Shown in pieces: positions 29,583 through 39,300 of a DNA stretch of 64,000 bases (position 1 is the stretch's first letter; each line of letters starts with the position of its first letter). Source of the stretch: Verrucomicrobiia bacterium (GTDB lineage Bacteria > Verrucomicrobiota > Verrucomicrobiia > Limisphaerales > UBA1319); the NCBI GenBank assembly GCA_963664225.1, contig OY760937.1, positions 1,920,001 through 1,984,000 of the forward strand, in the 5' to 3' direction. A program made the translations under genes and the position numbers. Under the pieces are notes generated by a model. It made no database searches, was not told the origin of the DNA, and saw only the letters and a program-made list of their open reading frames with translations.

Positions 29583-30074
29583 ATGATTAGTTTATGGTTT
29601 AAACGATTGCTTCCGGCATTGGTGTGGTCCGCGCTGATTTTCATCGGCTCCACCGATATGCTTTCGTCCAGCAACACCTCCCGGTGGCTTGTCCCCATCA
29701 TCCAGTGGGTACACCCAGGCATCAGCAATCTGGAACTCAAGCGCACCATGACGCTCATCCGCAAGGGGGGCCATGTCACCGAATACGCGATTCTCGCCAT
29801 CCTTTTATGGCGCGCCATCCCCAGGGACTCCGTCTCCGGCACGACCAAATCATTATGGCGATGGCCCGATGCCGCGATCACGCAAGGGGCCTGCGCCTTT
29901 TTCGCCATGTCCGATGAGTATCACCAATCCTTCTTCCCCTCACGCACGGCTGCATCCAGGGACGTGTTGATCGATATCGTCGGAGCGGCCATCGGCCTGA
30001 CGGTCGTTTGGTTCCTTTGTCGGCCCGGGAAAAAACGCCCCCAGCTCGTACCCATCTCCCAACCGTCAGCATAA
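29583..30074 (+). CDS. VanZ family membrane protein
   Basis: 'IRKGGHVTEYAIL', 'SDEYHQSFFPSRTAASRDVLID'. Confidence 0.88.
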   Translation: MISLWFKRLLPALVWSALIFIGSTDMLSSSNTSRWLVPIIQWVHPGISNLELKRTMTLIRKGGHVTEYAILAILLWRAIPRDSVSGTTKSLWRWPDAAITQGACAFFAMSDEYHQSFFPSRTAASRDVLIDIVGAAIGLTVVWFLCRPGKKRPQLVPISQPSA

Positions 30075-30093
30075 AGACCAACCGTATTGCGGC

Positions 30094-30606
30094 ATGGCAA
30101 CGCCCCACAAAATTTCCACTCTGCTTTACGGATTCAACGACCAGGACGAAATACTTCTGCTCCACCGCAATCGCCCTCCCAATCAGGGCCTGTGGAGTCC
30201 CTGCGGTGGAAAATTGAACACGGGCGGTGGTGAATCCCCGCATGCCTGTGCCTGCCGCGAAGCCTTTGAAGAGGCCGGGTTGCACCTCAAACCGACCGAT
30301 CTGCATCTGACAGGCCTGGTCAGCGAATATGGCTACGAAGGCCAGGCCCACTGGCTCATGTTCCTTTTCGAGATCAAACCCCGCCTCCATGCCCTGCCCC
30401 CGCCGCATGACGAAGGCGCCTTTGGCTTTTTCTCAAAAGCGGCCTTGATCAACCTGGCCCTGCCACCCACGGATCGCGACTTCATCTGGGCCCTGTTCTG
30501 GCGCAACCGTGGCGGATTCTTTGCCGCGCACTGCCACTGTCATGCGGAAGGCCATTTCACATGGACGCTGGAGCAAGGCTTTGCTCCTGAAAAATACGCG
30601 CTGTAA
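30094..30606 (+). CDS. NUDIX hydrolase
   Basis: Nudix box 'GGKLNTGGGESPHACACREAFEEAGL'. Confidence 0.88.
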   Translation: MATPHKISTLLYGFNDQDEILLLHRNRPPNQGLWSPCGGKLNTGGGESPHACACREAFEEAGLHLKPTDLHLTGLVSEYGYEGQAHWLMFLFEIKPRLHALPPPHDEGAFGFFSKAALINLALPPTDRDFIWALFWRNRGGFFAAHCHCHAEGHFTWTLEQGFAPEKYAL

Positions 30607-30658
30607 TCTCGGAGTCTGGTTCCTTTGGCGATAAATAATTAATCGGCGGCTTAAAGCT

Positions 30659-31549
30659 TCATTTCCTGCGGACGCACCGGTAGCCGTTTGAATCCATGGT
30701 CAGGCACACATCTGTCTGACCCGCCTCATCGCAATTTCGAATCCAGGATGTGCAACTGCCCGCGCTGCTGGACCACGCGCCCCCTCGGAGCACCCGCTTT
30801 TCGCCTTGCTTGGGACCGCGCGGATTGTCACCAGGACTTTCCCGATAATACTTCACTCCGTAAAAGTCGTTGCACCATTCCCACACATTGCCTGACATGT
30901 CGTATAACCCCCAGCCATTGGGCTTCCTCTGGCCGACCGGATGGGGCTTGGACTGGGAATTTCCGTCAAACCAGGCGAAGGATTTCAGCTCCTCGGGAAC
31001 GTCCCCAAAATAGAAGGGAGTGCTGCTGCCCGCCCGGCACGCATATTCCCACTCCGCTTCGGTGGGTAGCCGGTATCCACTGGCCGAAAAATCGCACTCC
31101 CAGTTGTTCGTGTCATAGCAGGGCTTCAAACCCTCCTGAACAGAACGCGCGTTGCAGAACTTCACCGCAGCCGACCATGTGACCTGCTCAACTGGATTCT
31201 TGGGATTCTTGCGCCGGGATGGATTTGTGCCAGTCACCTTCTCGTAAACTTCCTGCGTGATCTCATACTGATCCATGAGAAAACCATCCAATTTCACCTC
31301 GTGCGCCGGTTTCGCGTCGATGGGCCCCTCTTTCACTCCCATGGTGAATTGACCCGCAGGCACGGAAACCATGTCCATGCCGCACGCAGTCTTGATCAGT
31401 TGAGTGGCGACCGGTTGGGACTCTCCGGTTTGGCGATCGCAGCCGTTGAAGACACCGATCACCAGAAGTGCGACGAACAGCTTTCCAGCCGAGCCGAACA
31501 ATCCATTGTGAATCTGTTTGTTTGAATTCATACCTGTAGGTGCTCCCAT
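30659..31549 (-). CDS. Formylglycine-generating-enzyme (FGE-sulfatase) domain lipoprotein
   Basis: Lipobox-like 'VFNGC'; 'FTMG', 'RLPTEAEWEYACRAG', 'PNGWGLYDMSGNVWEW', 'RGGAW', 'GYRCV'. Confidence 0.88.
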   Translation of the reverse strand: MGAPTGMNSNKQIHNGLFGSAGKLFVALLVIGVFNGCDRQTGESQPVATQLIKTACGMDMVSVPAGQFTMGVKEGPIDAKPAHEVKLDGFLMDQYEITQEVYEKVTGTNPSRRKNPKNPVEQVTWSAAVKFCNARSVQEGLKPCYDTNNWECDFSASGYRLPTEAEWEYACRAGSSTPFYFGDVPEELKSFAWFDGNSQSKPHPVGQRKPNGWGLYDMSGNVWEWCNDFYGVKYYRESPGDNPRGPKQGEKRVLRGGAWSSSAGSCTSWIRNCDEAGQTDVCLTMDSNGYRCVRRK

Positions 31550-33888
31550 TACAGCTCAAAGAAATACAAGGTGCGACGTGATTCCCAACGGGTAGGCTGC
31601 CGCAGGACCGCGCGCGATTGATCCCAAATATATTTGGCGATCACCGCCTTTTCAGGCGAATCACCACATTTTAACGCCGCTGTTTGGGAAAGCCTCATGA
31701 CCAGCCGATTGTAACGGCGGCAAATATCATCCTGCGACCCGGCAGTGCCTCTGACGTCAAGATTGCCACAATCGAAGCCGTCTCCTTTGCCCTCCAGCAA
31801 TAGCTTCTTCATGGCCTCGATTTTCTTTTCCACTGAAGGAAGGGGCGTGGCATAAATCTCCTCGGATTGAGCCTGAGCCCCGGCGACCATCCCTTCCAAC
31901 TCGGCGATATAATCTTTCACTTCAGGATGGGCTTTCTTTTCGCTCGCAAGGTAGTCCTTCATCTGCGTGAAGAAGGTTCCGTATTGATCCACGCGACCGC
32001 GGATTTCCCGGATGAACTCAAAAAGGTGCGTGGCAAGGTCCACTCCGAGTGTCGGCTTTTCAGCGTTCTTGATCTTAGAGAGCCGCGTGGTTGTCGCGCA
32101 AACAGGCCGGTCAAAAAGGAATTGGTCTGGCGTGGAATATTTGAGCTTTCTCAACTTGTTGGCGTCGAAATCAAACAGCGCATCCGCTTTTTCCTGCCCA
32201 AGGGCTTGTGCAACTATTTCGCATGGTGAAATGAGATCCGCAGCCGCCGGTTCGAGGAAGTAAATCAGCGCCTCACCATTGGGAACGAAGGTTTTCTCAA
32301 AATGAAATACAGTGCGCGGTCCGTCGAAAAAGAAAGGGTAATGGTTCCAATCCTCGAACCAAACACCCCACATTCTCGTTTTGGCAGAGGCAATCGGAAA
32401 TGAGTATTCCATGTAGGGATTGCGGAAGGATGGTTCTCCACCTGGAGTCACGAAGAAATGACCCATCCAATGGGCCGGGAACGGACGCTCCCACTTAATA
32501 GGCACGTATTCGCCAAGCCAATCCTCGTTTAGTGTTTCCCGATGCCAGATCCCGGCGTGCTCCACCATTGAAAGCGAGAATCCATTCTTGTCTGTGGCAA
32601 TGGACAACGAATCGATCATGCGGTTTTCTCCCGCGCCCGACAGACCGAGCGAGACCGCCTGTGCGTCTGATTTCCAGGCGGCAACGAGCATGCTTTCATT
32701 CCCGTCCACCAGGCCCACAAACCATTGCGTTGAAGGGATCCGAAACTCACTGTCGGCTGACATTTTCTGAGGCGCATAACAGATATCCGTTCCAGCAAAT
32801 GACGGCAATAGGCCATAGCGGAGATGGCAATCCCGCACCTGAAACTGGGGAATCAGGGTGGCCTCAATGGTGACCAGTCCCTTGGCCGTGAACCAGACCA
32901 CGTAGGAGCGGTCCCCTGTTGCGGCACTCACACGAATCCCCGTCCGCTCCTTTTCGCTGACCACGCTGCATTTGGGCGATGCCAAGGCGGGCGACGGAGT
33001 GACAACGCATCGTTGCTTGAGTTTACCATCCTGCACGGCGTAAATGGCCACCCCCCCATCACTCTGGCGCACCACACCGGCAAGGCGGGGTCCCGCAATG
33101 GCCTGCGCCGAACTCTTGACCAACGCCCCCAGGTCTTTGGTGGACCAATCGATGTCCGCGCCGGGTTCCGATTTCCCATCCCAAGCGGTTGTCGCAAGTG
33201 ATGCGGCCTCTGAAGAAGCCTTGGGTTCGTATCGGATCAATTCGAAGTCATCGGCAATGATTGGCGAACCCATCTCCCCTTCTGTGCCATGGTAATTGCG
33301 AAATTCCTTGGATGTTCCGCCCAACGTGAGCGTCAGTGAACCGCTGCGGTCCAGCGCGCAAAAATTTTCGAGTTGAATCCATTGTCCACGGGGCACTTTG
33401 ATTTCCGCGCAATTGTATGCAGCCCAAGGACGGTCGGGATCGCGGAGAAAAAAAGTGATCGGTTGATCGGCTTCGGATTTGACCCAGCAACGAGCCAGAT
33501 AGGGTCCCGCAACCACGGAGTCAAGCTTTTGTTCAATGGCGGTGTGGGCCGGGATCGCAATCGCATTGAGCCCGCCATGCGCCACATTGTTCGTAATCAA
33601 CACTTTACAAGCGCCGTCGGCTGTGGCGGTCCAGTTCGGAGGATTGTCGAGAGAAGAGGCGGGAACTTCAAAACCGGGGTTTTTCAGGAGATTCAGGAGG
33701 TTTTGCTCTGCGGCGGAGCCACTCAATGAGCAAAGCACTGCAGCCCAGATCATTGCGACGATCCACAGCGTGGTTCTTTGAAACCAACTGTCATTCACCG
33801 ACTCTGTGATTTTCATCATAAGTTGTTCAAGGGGAAGAATATAGTGGGTTGAATTATTTTTGCCAGGATTGGAAGCGTGGGTCGGCAT
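31549..33888 (-). CDS. Large secreted hypothetical protein with N-terminal CBM4/9-like domain (true start probably near 33819)
   Basis: 779-aa ORF abutting its neighbours; signal-like segment then 'NLLKNPGFE'; helical C-terminus. Confidence 0.6.
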   Translation of the reverse strand: MPTHASNPGKNNSTHYILPLEQLMMKITESVNDSWFQRTTLWIVAMIWAAVLCSLSGSAAEQNLLNLLKNPGFEVPASSLDNPPNWTATADGACKVLITNNVAHGGLNAIAIPAHTAIEQKLDSVVAGPYLARCWVKSEADQPITFFLRDPDRPWAAYNCAEIKVPRGQWIQLENFCALDRSGSLTLTLGGTSKEFRNYHGTEGEMGSPIIADDFELIRYEPKASSEAASLATTAWDGKSEPGADIDWSTKDLGALVKSSAQAIAGPRLAGVVRQSDGGVAIYAVQDGKLKQRCVVTPSPALASPKCSVVSEKERTGIRVSAATGDRSYVVWFTAKGLVTIEATLIPQFQVRDCHLRYGLLPSFAGTDICYAPQKMSADSEFRIPSTQWFVGLVDGNESMLVAAWKSDAQAVSLGLSGAGENRMIDSLSIATDKNGFSLSMVEHAGIWHRETLNEDWLGEYVPIKWERPFPAHWMGHFFVTPGGEPSFRNPYMEYSFPIASAKTRMWGVWFEDWNHYPFFFDGPRTVFHFEKTFVPNGEALIYFLEPAAADLISPCEIVAQALGQEKADALFDFDANKLRKLKYSTPDQFLFDRPVCATTTRLSKIKNAEKPTLGVDLATHLFEFIREIRGRVDQYGTFFTQMKDYLASEKKAHPEVKDYIAELEGMVAGAQAQSEEIYATPLPSVEKKIEAMKKLLLEGKGDGFDCGNLDVRGTAGSQDDICRRYNRLVMRLSQTAALKCGDSPEKAVIAKYIWDQSRAVLRQPTRWESRRTLYFFEL

Positions 33889-35050
33889 AAATGCGTTTGG
33901 CGAGGAGTTCGTAGCCGGCGGTCAGGGGGTGGCTGGCGTCGGCGTACAACTCGCTGGGCAGGGTCTCTGGAACAATGGTTGGAATCTTGTTCTCGTTCAG
34001 CCACAACAGGATGCCATCACGGATTTTGTGGAATTCCTGCCGGTTATCCTCGGTCATGAGGTGCTCGTTGAACGGCCCCAGAACCACCAGGACGTCGTTT
34101 CCCCGAGCGTTCAACCGGTTGACCGTGCGTTGAACGGCGTGCCACTGGAGGGAGGCATCGAGTCCCACCCATTCGAAGCGGGTCGTGCCTTTTCCGTCGG
34201 TGGACCACGGTTTGTGTCGCGGGCTTTTTGGCCCGCGCTGGGGATCGTCGAGGGGTGCGGACGGGACGACCATCGTGATCTGGGCCAGTGGGTTTTTGTA
34301 GGAGTTCGGGTGGGTGGGCGGACTGCTCGTGCCATCCTCCTCAAGGGTCCAGGCGGCGATGTTCTTTTGATCGAAATAGGCGTTCTGCAGATGGCCCACC
34401 CACTGCAAAAAGCCAACCTCACGCTGAACGACCACGCTCAAGCGCTCGCTGGCGTCCGCCTTGTAGCAGGGAATGCGAGGAGTGAACTGCGGAACGAGGC
34501 TGGAATGATTGAATGCATCCTCCTTCTCGGTGCTCAGGTCCGCTTTGGGGCTGGTCATCCAAAGGACATTGCACTGCAGGATCACTTTCTGGTTTCGAAG
34601 CGCCTTGCCGTAGTAATCCAACAGACCTTCCTGTGCGAGCGGGAACATGCCATTGATCCCCATATTCACAAAACGGTTGGTGGCCCCCGCTTCCTTGTTC
34701 AAGAAATGGGACAGGGTGCCATCGGGCGCCACGTATTCGCCCCAGACGACGGAATCTCCGAGCACGATGGTCTGGTTGTGACCGACCACCTGGCCCATTC
34801 TCCGTCCATAGAGCCAGTAATCCTTGCTCAACGAATAGGGAATACGGTAGTCAGGGCCGGTATCGAACCGCTCGATGCGTTCCCATATCTTTGGGACGAG
34901 CAGCAACGCCAGGCCGACGATGAGCAACGTGGTAATCCATTGCCGACCATTGAGCCGCATCTCATTGACACCAAATGGGACCGGTGCTGGCACTCCTACG
35001 GGCTTGGCGGCGGTTTTGATCGGTTTTGGCGTTGGTGGAATAATCTCCAT
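33854..35050 (-). CDS. SGNH/GDSL-like membrane-anchored protein (AlgX/DltD-like MBOAT partner)
   Basis: TM anchor, 'VLGDSVVWG' block I, 'N.G..G', 'YADASHP' (DxxH). Confidence 0.7.
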   Translation of the reverse strand: MEIIPPTPKPIKTAAKPVGVPAPVPFGVNEMRLNGRQWITTLLIVGLALLLVPKIWERIERFDTGPDYRIPYSLSKDYWLYGRRMGQVVGHNQTIVLGDSVVWGEYVAPDGTLSHFLNKEAGATNRFVNMGINGMFPLAQEGLLDYYGKALRNQKVILQCNVLWMTSPKADLSTEKEDAFNHSSLVPQFTPRIPCYKADASERLSVVVQREVGFLQWVGHLQNAYFDQKNIAAWTLEEDGTSSPPTHPNSYKNPLAQITMVVPSAPLDDPQRGPKSPRHKPWSTDGKGTTRFEWVGLDASLQWHAVQRTVNRLNARGNDVLVVLGPFNEHLMTEDNRQEFHKIRDGILLWLNENKIPTIVPETLPSELYADASHPLTAGYELLAKRIYADPRFQSWQK

Positions 35051-35051
35051 A

Positions 35052-36653
35052 TCAGAACTGGAAGTAAATGAATGCGCCGCCGCCCGAGGAACAGACGCAG
35101 AGATAGAGCAACATACACGCCGCCAGGCTCACACGGACCAGCCCGATCGCCAGAACCTCCCTGACTTTCGATTCATACAAAAACTGGTAGAGCCAGATCA
35201 GGGCAATCAGCAGGAGCATCAGCGCCGGAATCTGCGGATCCTGCCATGCGGCGGTGAAGATGCGCCGGACGATCAGCATGGCGTCGCCCATCGAGTCCGC
35301 GCGGAAGAAAATCCAGGTAAAGGTCACGAAAAGAAACACGCCGAATTGCTTCAGGAGCTTGGGCACCCGTTCGCGATAGAATTCCGCCCGCTCGAGTTCG
35401 CGTGTGATCAGAACCCCCAGGCCATGCAGAATGCCCCAGATCATGAAGGTCCAATTGGCCCCGTGCCAGATGCCGGAAATAAAGAAGGTGATGAAGAGAT
35501 TGCGGTACGTGAGGAGAGTTCCGCCCCGGTTTCCCCCCAGGGGGATATAGACGTAATCGCGGAACCAGCTTGAAAGGCTGATGTGCCAGCGCGACCAGAA
35601 ATCGCCCAGTCCTGTCGCGAGGTAGGGATTGTTGAAATTGAGAATCAGATTAAAGCCCATCAATTTGGCGACGCCCCGGGCCATGTCGGTGTAACCGCTG
35701 AAATCGAAGAAAATCTGCCAGCCGAACGCCACGGTGGCGAGGAACAGCGCCGGTGCGCCAAAAGCACTTGGGTTGTCATAGACCCGCTCGACATAGAAGG
35801 CCAGGTAGTTGGCCAGTGCCAGCTTCTTGAACAGCCCCACGAGAAACAGGGAGGCGCCGTCCGTGAAATTTTGCATTCGCACCGGCGGGAATTGATTGAA
35901 CTGGGGCAACAGATTCCGCGCGCGCTCGATGGGACCCGCCATCAACTGCGGGAAGAAGCAAACAAAGGTGGCGAAGCGGAGGAGATTGCGCTCGCGATGC
36001 ACCTTGCCGAAATAGAAATCGATGGTGTAACTCAGCGATTGGAAGGTGAAGAAGGAGATTCCAACCGGGAGCAGGTATTGAAAACCCAAGGGCATGAGGG
36101 TCGAAGGATCGGCCAGTTTGAGCGGCAGATGCACCCACGAAAAAGCCACATTCAGGTTTTCGACAAAGAACCGGGCGTATTTGAAAAAGATAAGCAGTGC
36201 CAGGTTGTTCACGAGGCTGATCAGCAGCCAGATTTTGCGACTGCTGTAGAGGGCACCCAGCGCCATGAGCAGGACAAGCACACTGAAGCCCGCCATCGTG
36301 GGCCGTAACGTCTTTGGCCCGACCACCGCGAGGGCAAGAATCCCCAGCGCGGCCAATGCGGAACCCAGGAACGCGATCTTCAGGACCCGGTCGTCAAAGC
36401 GCAGGCGCGTGAGCCGCCCCATGACATTCACCGGTTTTCCTTCCACCGGGCAGTGGTCCATCAGCGCCACCAACCCGAAATCCAGCAGGGTGGAATAAAT
36501 GACCAGCAGCAGGTAATAGGGATTCCACCAGCCGTAAAAGAAGTAGGACGCCAGGGTGAGCCACGGCAGCCAGAGCTTTGTCTTTCGCAGGGCGAAAAAC
36601 ATCGGCAGAACGACCAGCAGGAAGATCAGGAACGGCCAGGTATGAAAGAGCAT
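35052..36653 (-). CDS. MBOAT family O-acyltransferase (AlgI/DltB-like)
   Basis: 'MLFHT..FL.F', 'ASYFFYGWW', 'LPVGISFFTFQSLSY..D', 'FFPQLMAGPIER', 'DFSGYTDMA', 'FWSRWHISLSSWFRDYVYIPLGG', 'GIWHGANWTF'. Confidence 0.93.
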   Translation of the reverse strand: MLFHTWPFLIFLLVVLPMFFALRKTKLWLPWLTLASYFFYGWWNPYYLLLVIYSTLLDFGLVALMDHCPVEGKPVNVMGRLTRLRFDDRVLKIAFLGSALAALGILALAVVGPKTLRPTMAGFSVLVLLMALGALYSSRKIWLLISLVNNLALLIFFKYARFFVENLNVAFSWVHLPLKLADPSTLMPLGFQYLLPVGISFFTFQSLSYTIDFYFGKVHRERNLLRFATFVCFFPQLMAGPIERARNLLPQFNQFPPVRMQNFTDGASLFLVGLFKKLALANYLAFYVERVYDNPSAFGAPALFLATVAFGWQIFFDFSGYTDMARGVAKLMGFNLILNFNNPYLATGLGDFWSRWHISLSSWFRDYVYIPLGGNRGGTLLTYRNLFITFFISGIWHGANWTFMIWGILHGLGVLITRELERAEFYRERVPKLLKQFGVFLFVTFTWIFFRADSMGDAMLIVRRIFTAAWQDPQIPALMLLLIALIWLYQFLYESKVREVLAIGLVRVSLAACMLLYLCVCSSGGGAFIYFQF

Positions 36654-37087
36654 TGAGCCGGAGATGATTGGGTGTGATTGCCGGAACTATTTCGAGGCCC
36701 TCAATTGTTGAAGCTCCTCCGGGGTGACGCGTTTGACATCCTTGCCGCGTTGCTCCCGGTTTGGCGGAGCCGTTACCCGACCTTCGCCGATGTGGGTGAC
36801 GAACGCCAAAAGCGTCGTCCATTTGAATGTCTCCGCTTGCATTGGTTTTGGGCCAATCTACACACGTGGGCGGCCAAATCCAGTTTAATGTCAGGCCATC
36901 GGCGGGACGGGGAAAAACCACAAAGATGGAACGGGGAATGAGAATTTAACCGCAAAGAAATCAAAGATCTCAAAGAGGGAAAAGGGATTTGGAGTTAAGT
37001 ATTTGTCATTGAAACAATTTCCGCCCGAGCCGGGTTGGGGCGTTCCATGAGCGCCAATGCCGTGCTGCCCTGTTTGATGAAAACGAC
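36546..37087. repeat. ~540 bp direct repeat, copy 1 (copy 2 at 40489-41030)
   Basis: Near-identical sequence at an offset of 3943 bp, covering the MBOAT 5' end and its upstream region. Confidence 0.92.
36687..36870 (-). pseudogene. Collapsed remnant of the TolB-like + FGE gene pair (46730-44559)
   Basis: Contains blocks matching 44559-44603, 44728-44749 and 46657-46730 in the same order. Confidence 0.8.
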
Positions 37088-37134
37088 CGCCGCGATGGGC
37101 GATATCGCCAAGGAAAAGTGGACAATACGGACCC

Positions 37135-37626
37135 CTAACTGCTTGCCCGTGAAACATAATCAACAGCATCTCTCAGCGTCCTCATCTTCTCTGCCGCTGC
37201 GTCTGGAATACTGATACCAAACTCTTTCTCGACATCCAAAATAAAATCGACAGTGGACATGGAATCTAAAGCGTCCATACGAATGTCCTCAACAATTCGA
37301 TCATCAGGGTGGAGGCCCGACAAATCCACTGAAATGTGCCGCGACATGATACTGCGGAGCTTCGATGCAACCGCAGCCTGCTCTGGTGGAAAAAACTCAC
37401 GCCCAAACTCTGCATCGGAGAGCGGCTGTCTGTCGGCCATGTAGCGCAGGGCACGCTGTTTCTCGGACTCGTCGCCCAATCGCACTTGGTATATCCTGAT
37501 GGCGATAGCGCTCAGGACGAGAGCAATCTGCGCATACCACGGAACCGGAAGCAGACGCGGCGCTATCAGCGCAATAATGAATGCTCCCGAAGAAAGCACG
37601 ACGAGTATGAACAGAATCGGACGCAT
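37135..37626 (-). CDS. Cassette gene: membrane-anchored acyl-carrier-protein-like protein
   Basis: Two N-terminal TM helices, then 'LDSMSTVDFILDVEKEFGISIPD..AEKMRTLRDAVDYV' (ACP fold with DS phosphopantetheine motif). ATG lies 4 nt after a GTTAGGC core. Confidence 0.75.
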   Translation of the reverse strand: MRPILFILVVLSSGAFIIALIAPRLLPVPWYAQIALVLSAIAIRIYQVRLGDESEKQRALRYMADRQPLSDAEFGREFFPPEQAAVASKLRSIMSRHISVDLSGLHPDDRIVEDIRMDALDSMSTVDFILDVEKEFGISIPDAAAEKMRTLRDAVDYVSRASS

Positions 37627-37630
37627 GGTG

Positions 37631-37741
37631 GCCTAACTTTGATTAAGCGACCAGCGGTCCGTATCTTGGACCGGTGAGAAAGCATTCTTAATTCGTCGCA
37701 TGTACGGGATTTAGACCCTTTTCCACTGATGGTCAACATCA
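37631..37741 (-). promoter_or_regulatory. Pc-like promoter + attI-like site, module copy 1
   Basis: Minus strand: TTGACC-17-TAAATC ... GTCGCTTAATCAAA|GTTAGGC caccATG. Resembles class 1 attI (GTCGCCCTAAAACAAAGTTAGGC). Confidence 0.7.
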
Positions 37742-37801
37742 AGGAGTTCGAGTGATGCCTTCATGGTTGTATGGCTGTTTCGTTCTGCATTGCTACATCC
37801 C

Positions 37802-37894
37802 ATCGACCGACGCGGTTCAGTGGTGGCGGAGCAAAAATGCCCAATATAAAACGGACGGCGAACCCCTCCGTCCACTGCAACCATCTTGTTCACC
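37802..37894 (-). mobile_element. attC-like site (degenerate)
   Basis: Minus: GGTGAAC..ggttgcagtggacggag...ctccgccaccactgaacc..GGTCGAT; imperfect ~93 bp palindrome right after the ORF stop. Confidence 0.6.
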
Positions 37895-37903
37895 CGACGC
37901 TTT

Positions 37904-38320
37904 CTAGACATTCCTCACGCCAATCATGGCTCGCAACTTGCCCAAGTCGGGCGAGTCTGTTGAGACCTCAAATAAATCCTCGGTGACACCTGTTGTCGTG
38001 TCTGCAATACCCACGACAAAACTCCTGCCGCACTCCCGGTTTAGGGTGCCGAGAAATCCGGCGATCGCCTCAACATCGGCAAACCATCCCTCCGACTCAG
38101 CGCCTAGTTCCGGCAACTCCAGATTGAGGCCGAAGTCCCAAAGCGGCAAATCTCCGGGGCGCGTGCATGTGTCCTGGCCGTGGCGCTGATTAACGACCCA
38201 CGCATGACCGGCGATCCAATGTCGGCTGCGAACGAAGCGCGAGAATCGTGGCGTCAACGATTCGGCGACATCTCCGATGTCCGCTCCGTCCACGTAAGCA
38301 TAAAGTGTGTGTTGTGACAT
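37904..38320 (-). CDS. Cassette gene, hypothetical protein (138 aa)
   Basis: Promoterless ORF flanked by attC-like sites. Confidence 0.7.
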   Translation of the reverse strand: MSQHTLYAYVDGADIGDVAESLTPRFSRFVRSRHWIAGHAWVVNQRHGQDTCTRPGDLPLWDFGLNLELPELGAESEGWFADVEAIAGFLGTLNRECGRSFVVGIADTTTGVTEDLFEVSTDSPDLGKLRAMIGVRNV

Positions 38321-38334
38321 GACGCGCTTAAACT

Positions 38335-38427
38335 AGCGAACGATTCAGCTCAACGACGCCGGGCCAATTGTTTCCGATTGGCAATCGAAGCGCGATCCCG
38401 GCCTTGCCTGGAGCTGGATGGTTCGAC
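38335..38427 (-). mobile_element. attC site
   Basis: Minus: GTCGAAC-cATCCAGCTC...gccggg...cccggc...GAGCTGAAT-cGTTCGCT; 93 bp palindrome with AAC/GTT cores, 3 nt after a stop codon. Confidence 0.75.
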
Positions 38428-38430
38428 CTC

Positions 38431-38745
38431 TTACTTGAGTATCTCATGGATGCTCTCTCGATACGCGTCTCGCCTGTTGGCAAGCCACACTTCATAAATA
38501 TCGTGGCTGTGCTCGTCTGCACCTCGCAGAACGCGAGCGAGGGCGTTCGTATTGCCGCTCTCGGAAAGGGACCGAAGCTCATGCACAAAATCGGCGTATG
38601 GTTGCCCCACGCCGTCGTTGCAGATGCCGTGATAGTTGTGAATCGTGCGAGCTTCCGTCATGAAAGAGACAAAATTCCACTCAGCAATCATCGCCAACAT
38701 AATGACGACACCTAGAATGACAATTGTGCGTGCCTTAATAAACAT
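38431..38745 (-). CDS. Cassette gene, small membrane-anchored hypothetical protein (104 aa)
   Basis: N-terminal TM; lies between two attC sites. Confidence 0.65.
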   Translation of the reverse strand: MFIKARTIVILGVVIMLAMIAEWNFVSFMTEARTIHNYHGICNDGVGQPYADFVHELRSLSESGNTNALARVLRGADEHSHDIYEVWLANRRDAYRESIHEILK

Positions 38746-38759
38746 GGCGCGTTTGAGTG

Positions 38760-38852
38760 GTGGAACAATCAGGATTAGTGACTCCGCGCCAGTGACGTTC
38801 GAGTTGAAACCGTGATGCTCTCGCGGGATTCACTGCATCCAGCTTGTTCGGT
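38760..38852 (-). mobile_element. attC site
   Basis: Minus: ACCGAAC-aagctggatgcagtgaatcccgcg...cgcggagtcactaatcctgatt-GTTCCAC; 93 bp palindrome. Confidence 0.72.
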
Positions 38853-38859
38853 TGGGTTG

Positions 38860-39105
38860 TCATCGCCGAAAAGTAAATCGGTCAGCAGTCTCGTCCACAT
38901 CCATCGCCCGACCACGAAGGCTGGTAACCACCAACCAAACACCTCCGATGCACATGGCGGGCAGCAATGTGAACTTCGCGAATCTGCTGCTGGCGCTGTC
39001 GCTCGCAAGATAGAAAAGAGTGACGGCGACCGCAGCGAAAAAAAGTCCAAGAAGCAGCATCACCGCCCGCTTCCGTGTTGTCGCCTTCTGTGGTTGTGAT
39101 GTCAT
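38860..39105 (-). CDS. Cassette gene, two-TM small membrane protein (81 aa)
   Basis: Two hydrophobic segments; ATG 10 nt after the core of attI-like copy 2; attC follows the stop. Confidence 0.6.
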   Translation of the reverse strand: MTSQPQKATTRKRAVMLLLGLFFAAVAVTLFYLASDSASSRFAKFTLLPAMCIGGVWLVVTSLRGRAMDVDETADRFTFRR

Positions 39106-39115
39106 ACGCGTTTAC

Positions 39116-39226
39116 GCCCACCTTTGATTAGGCGACGAGCGGTTCGTATTTTGGACCGGTAAGAAAGTATTCTTAATTCGTCGCATGTACGGGATTTAAA
39201 CCCTTTTCCACTGATGGTCAACATCA
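39116..39226 (-). promoter_or_regulatory. Pc-like promoter + attI-like site, module copy 2
   Basis: TTGACC-17-TAAATC ... GTCGCCTAATCAAA|GGTGGGC. Confidence 0.68.
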
Positions 39227-39300
39227 GACTCCCAAGCGGCAAGGTGAATGGGAAAGAAGTATGTCAAGCGGGTTTGGAGGATAAAAAGGCGGAATGGTGC

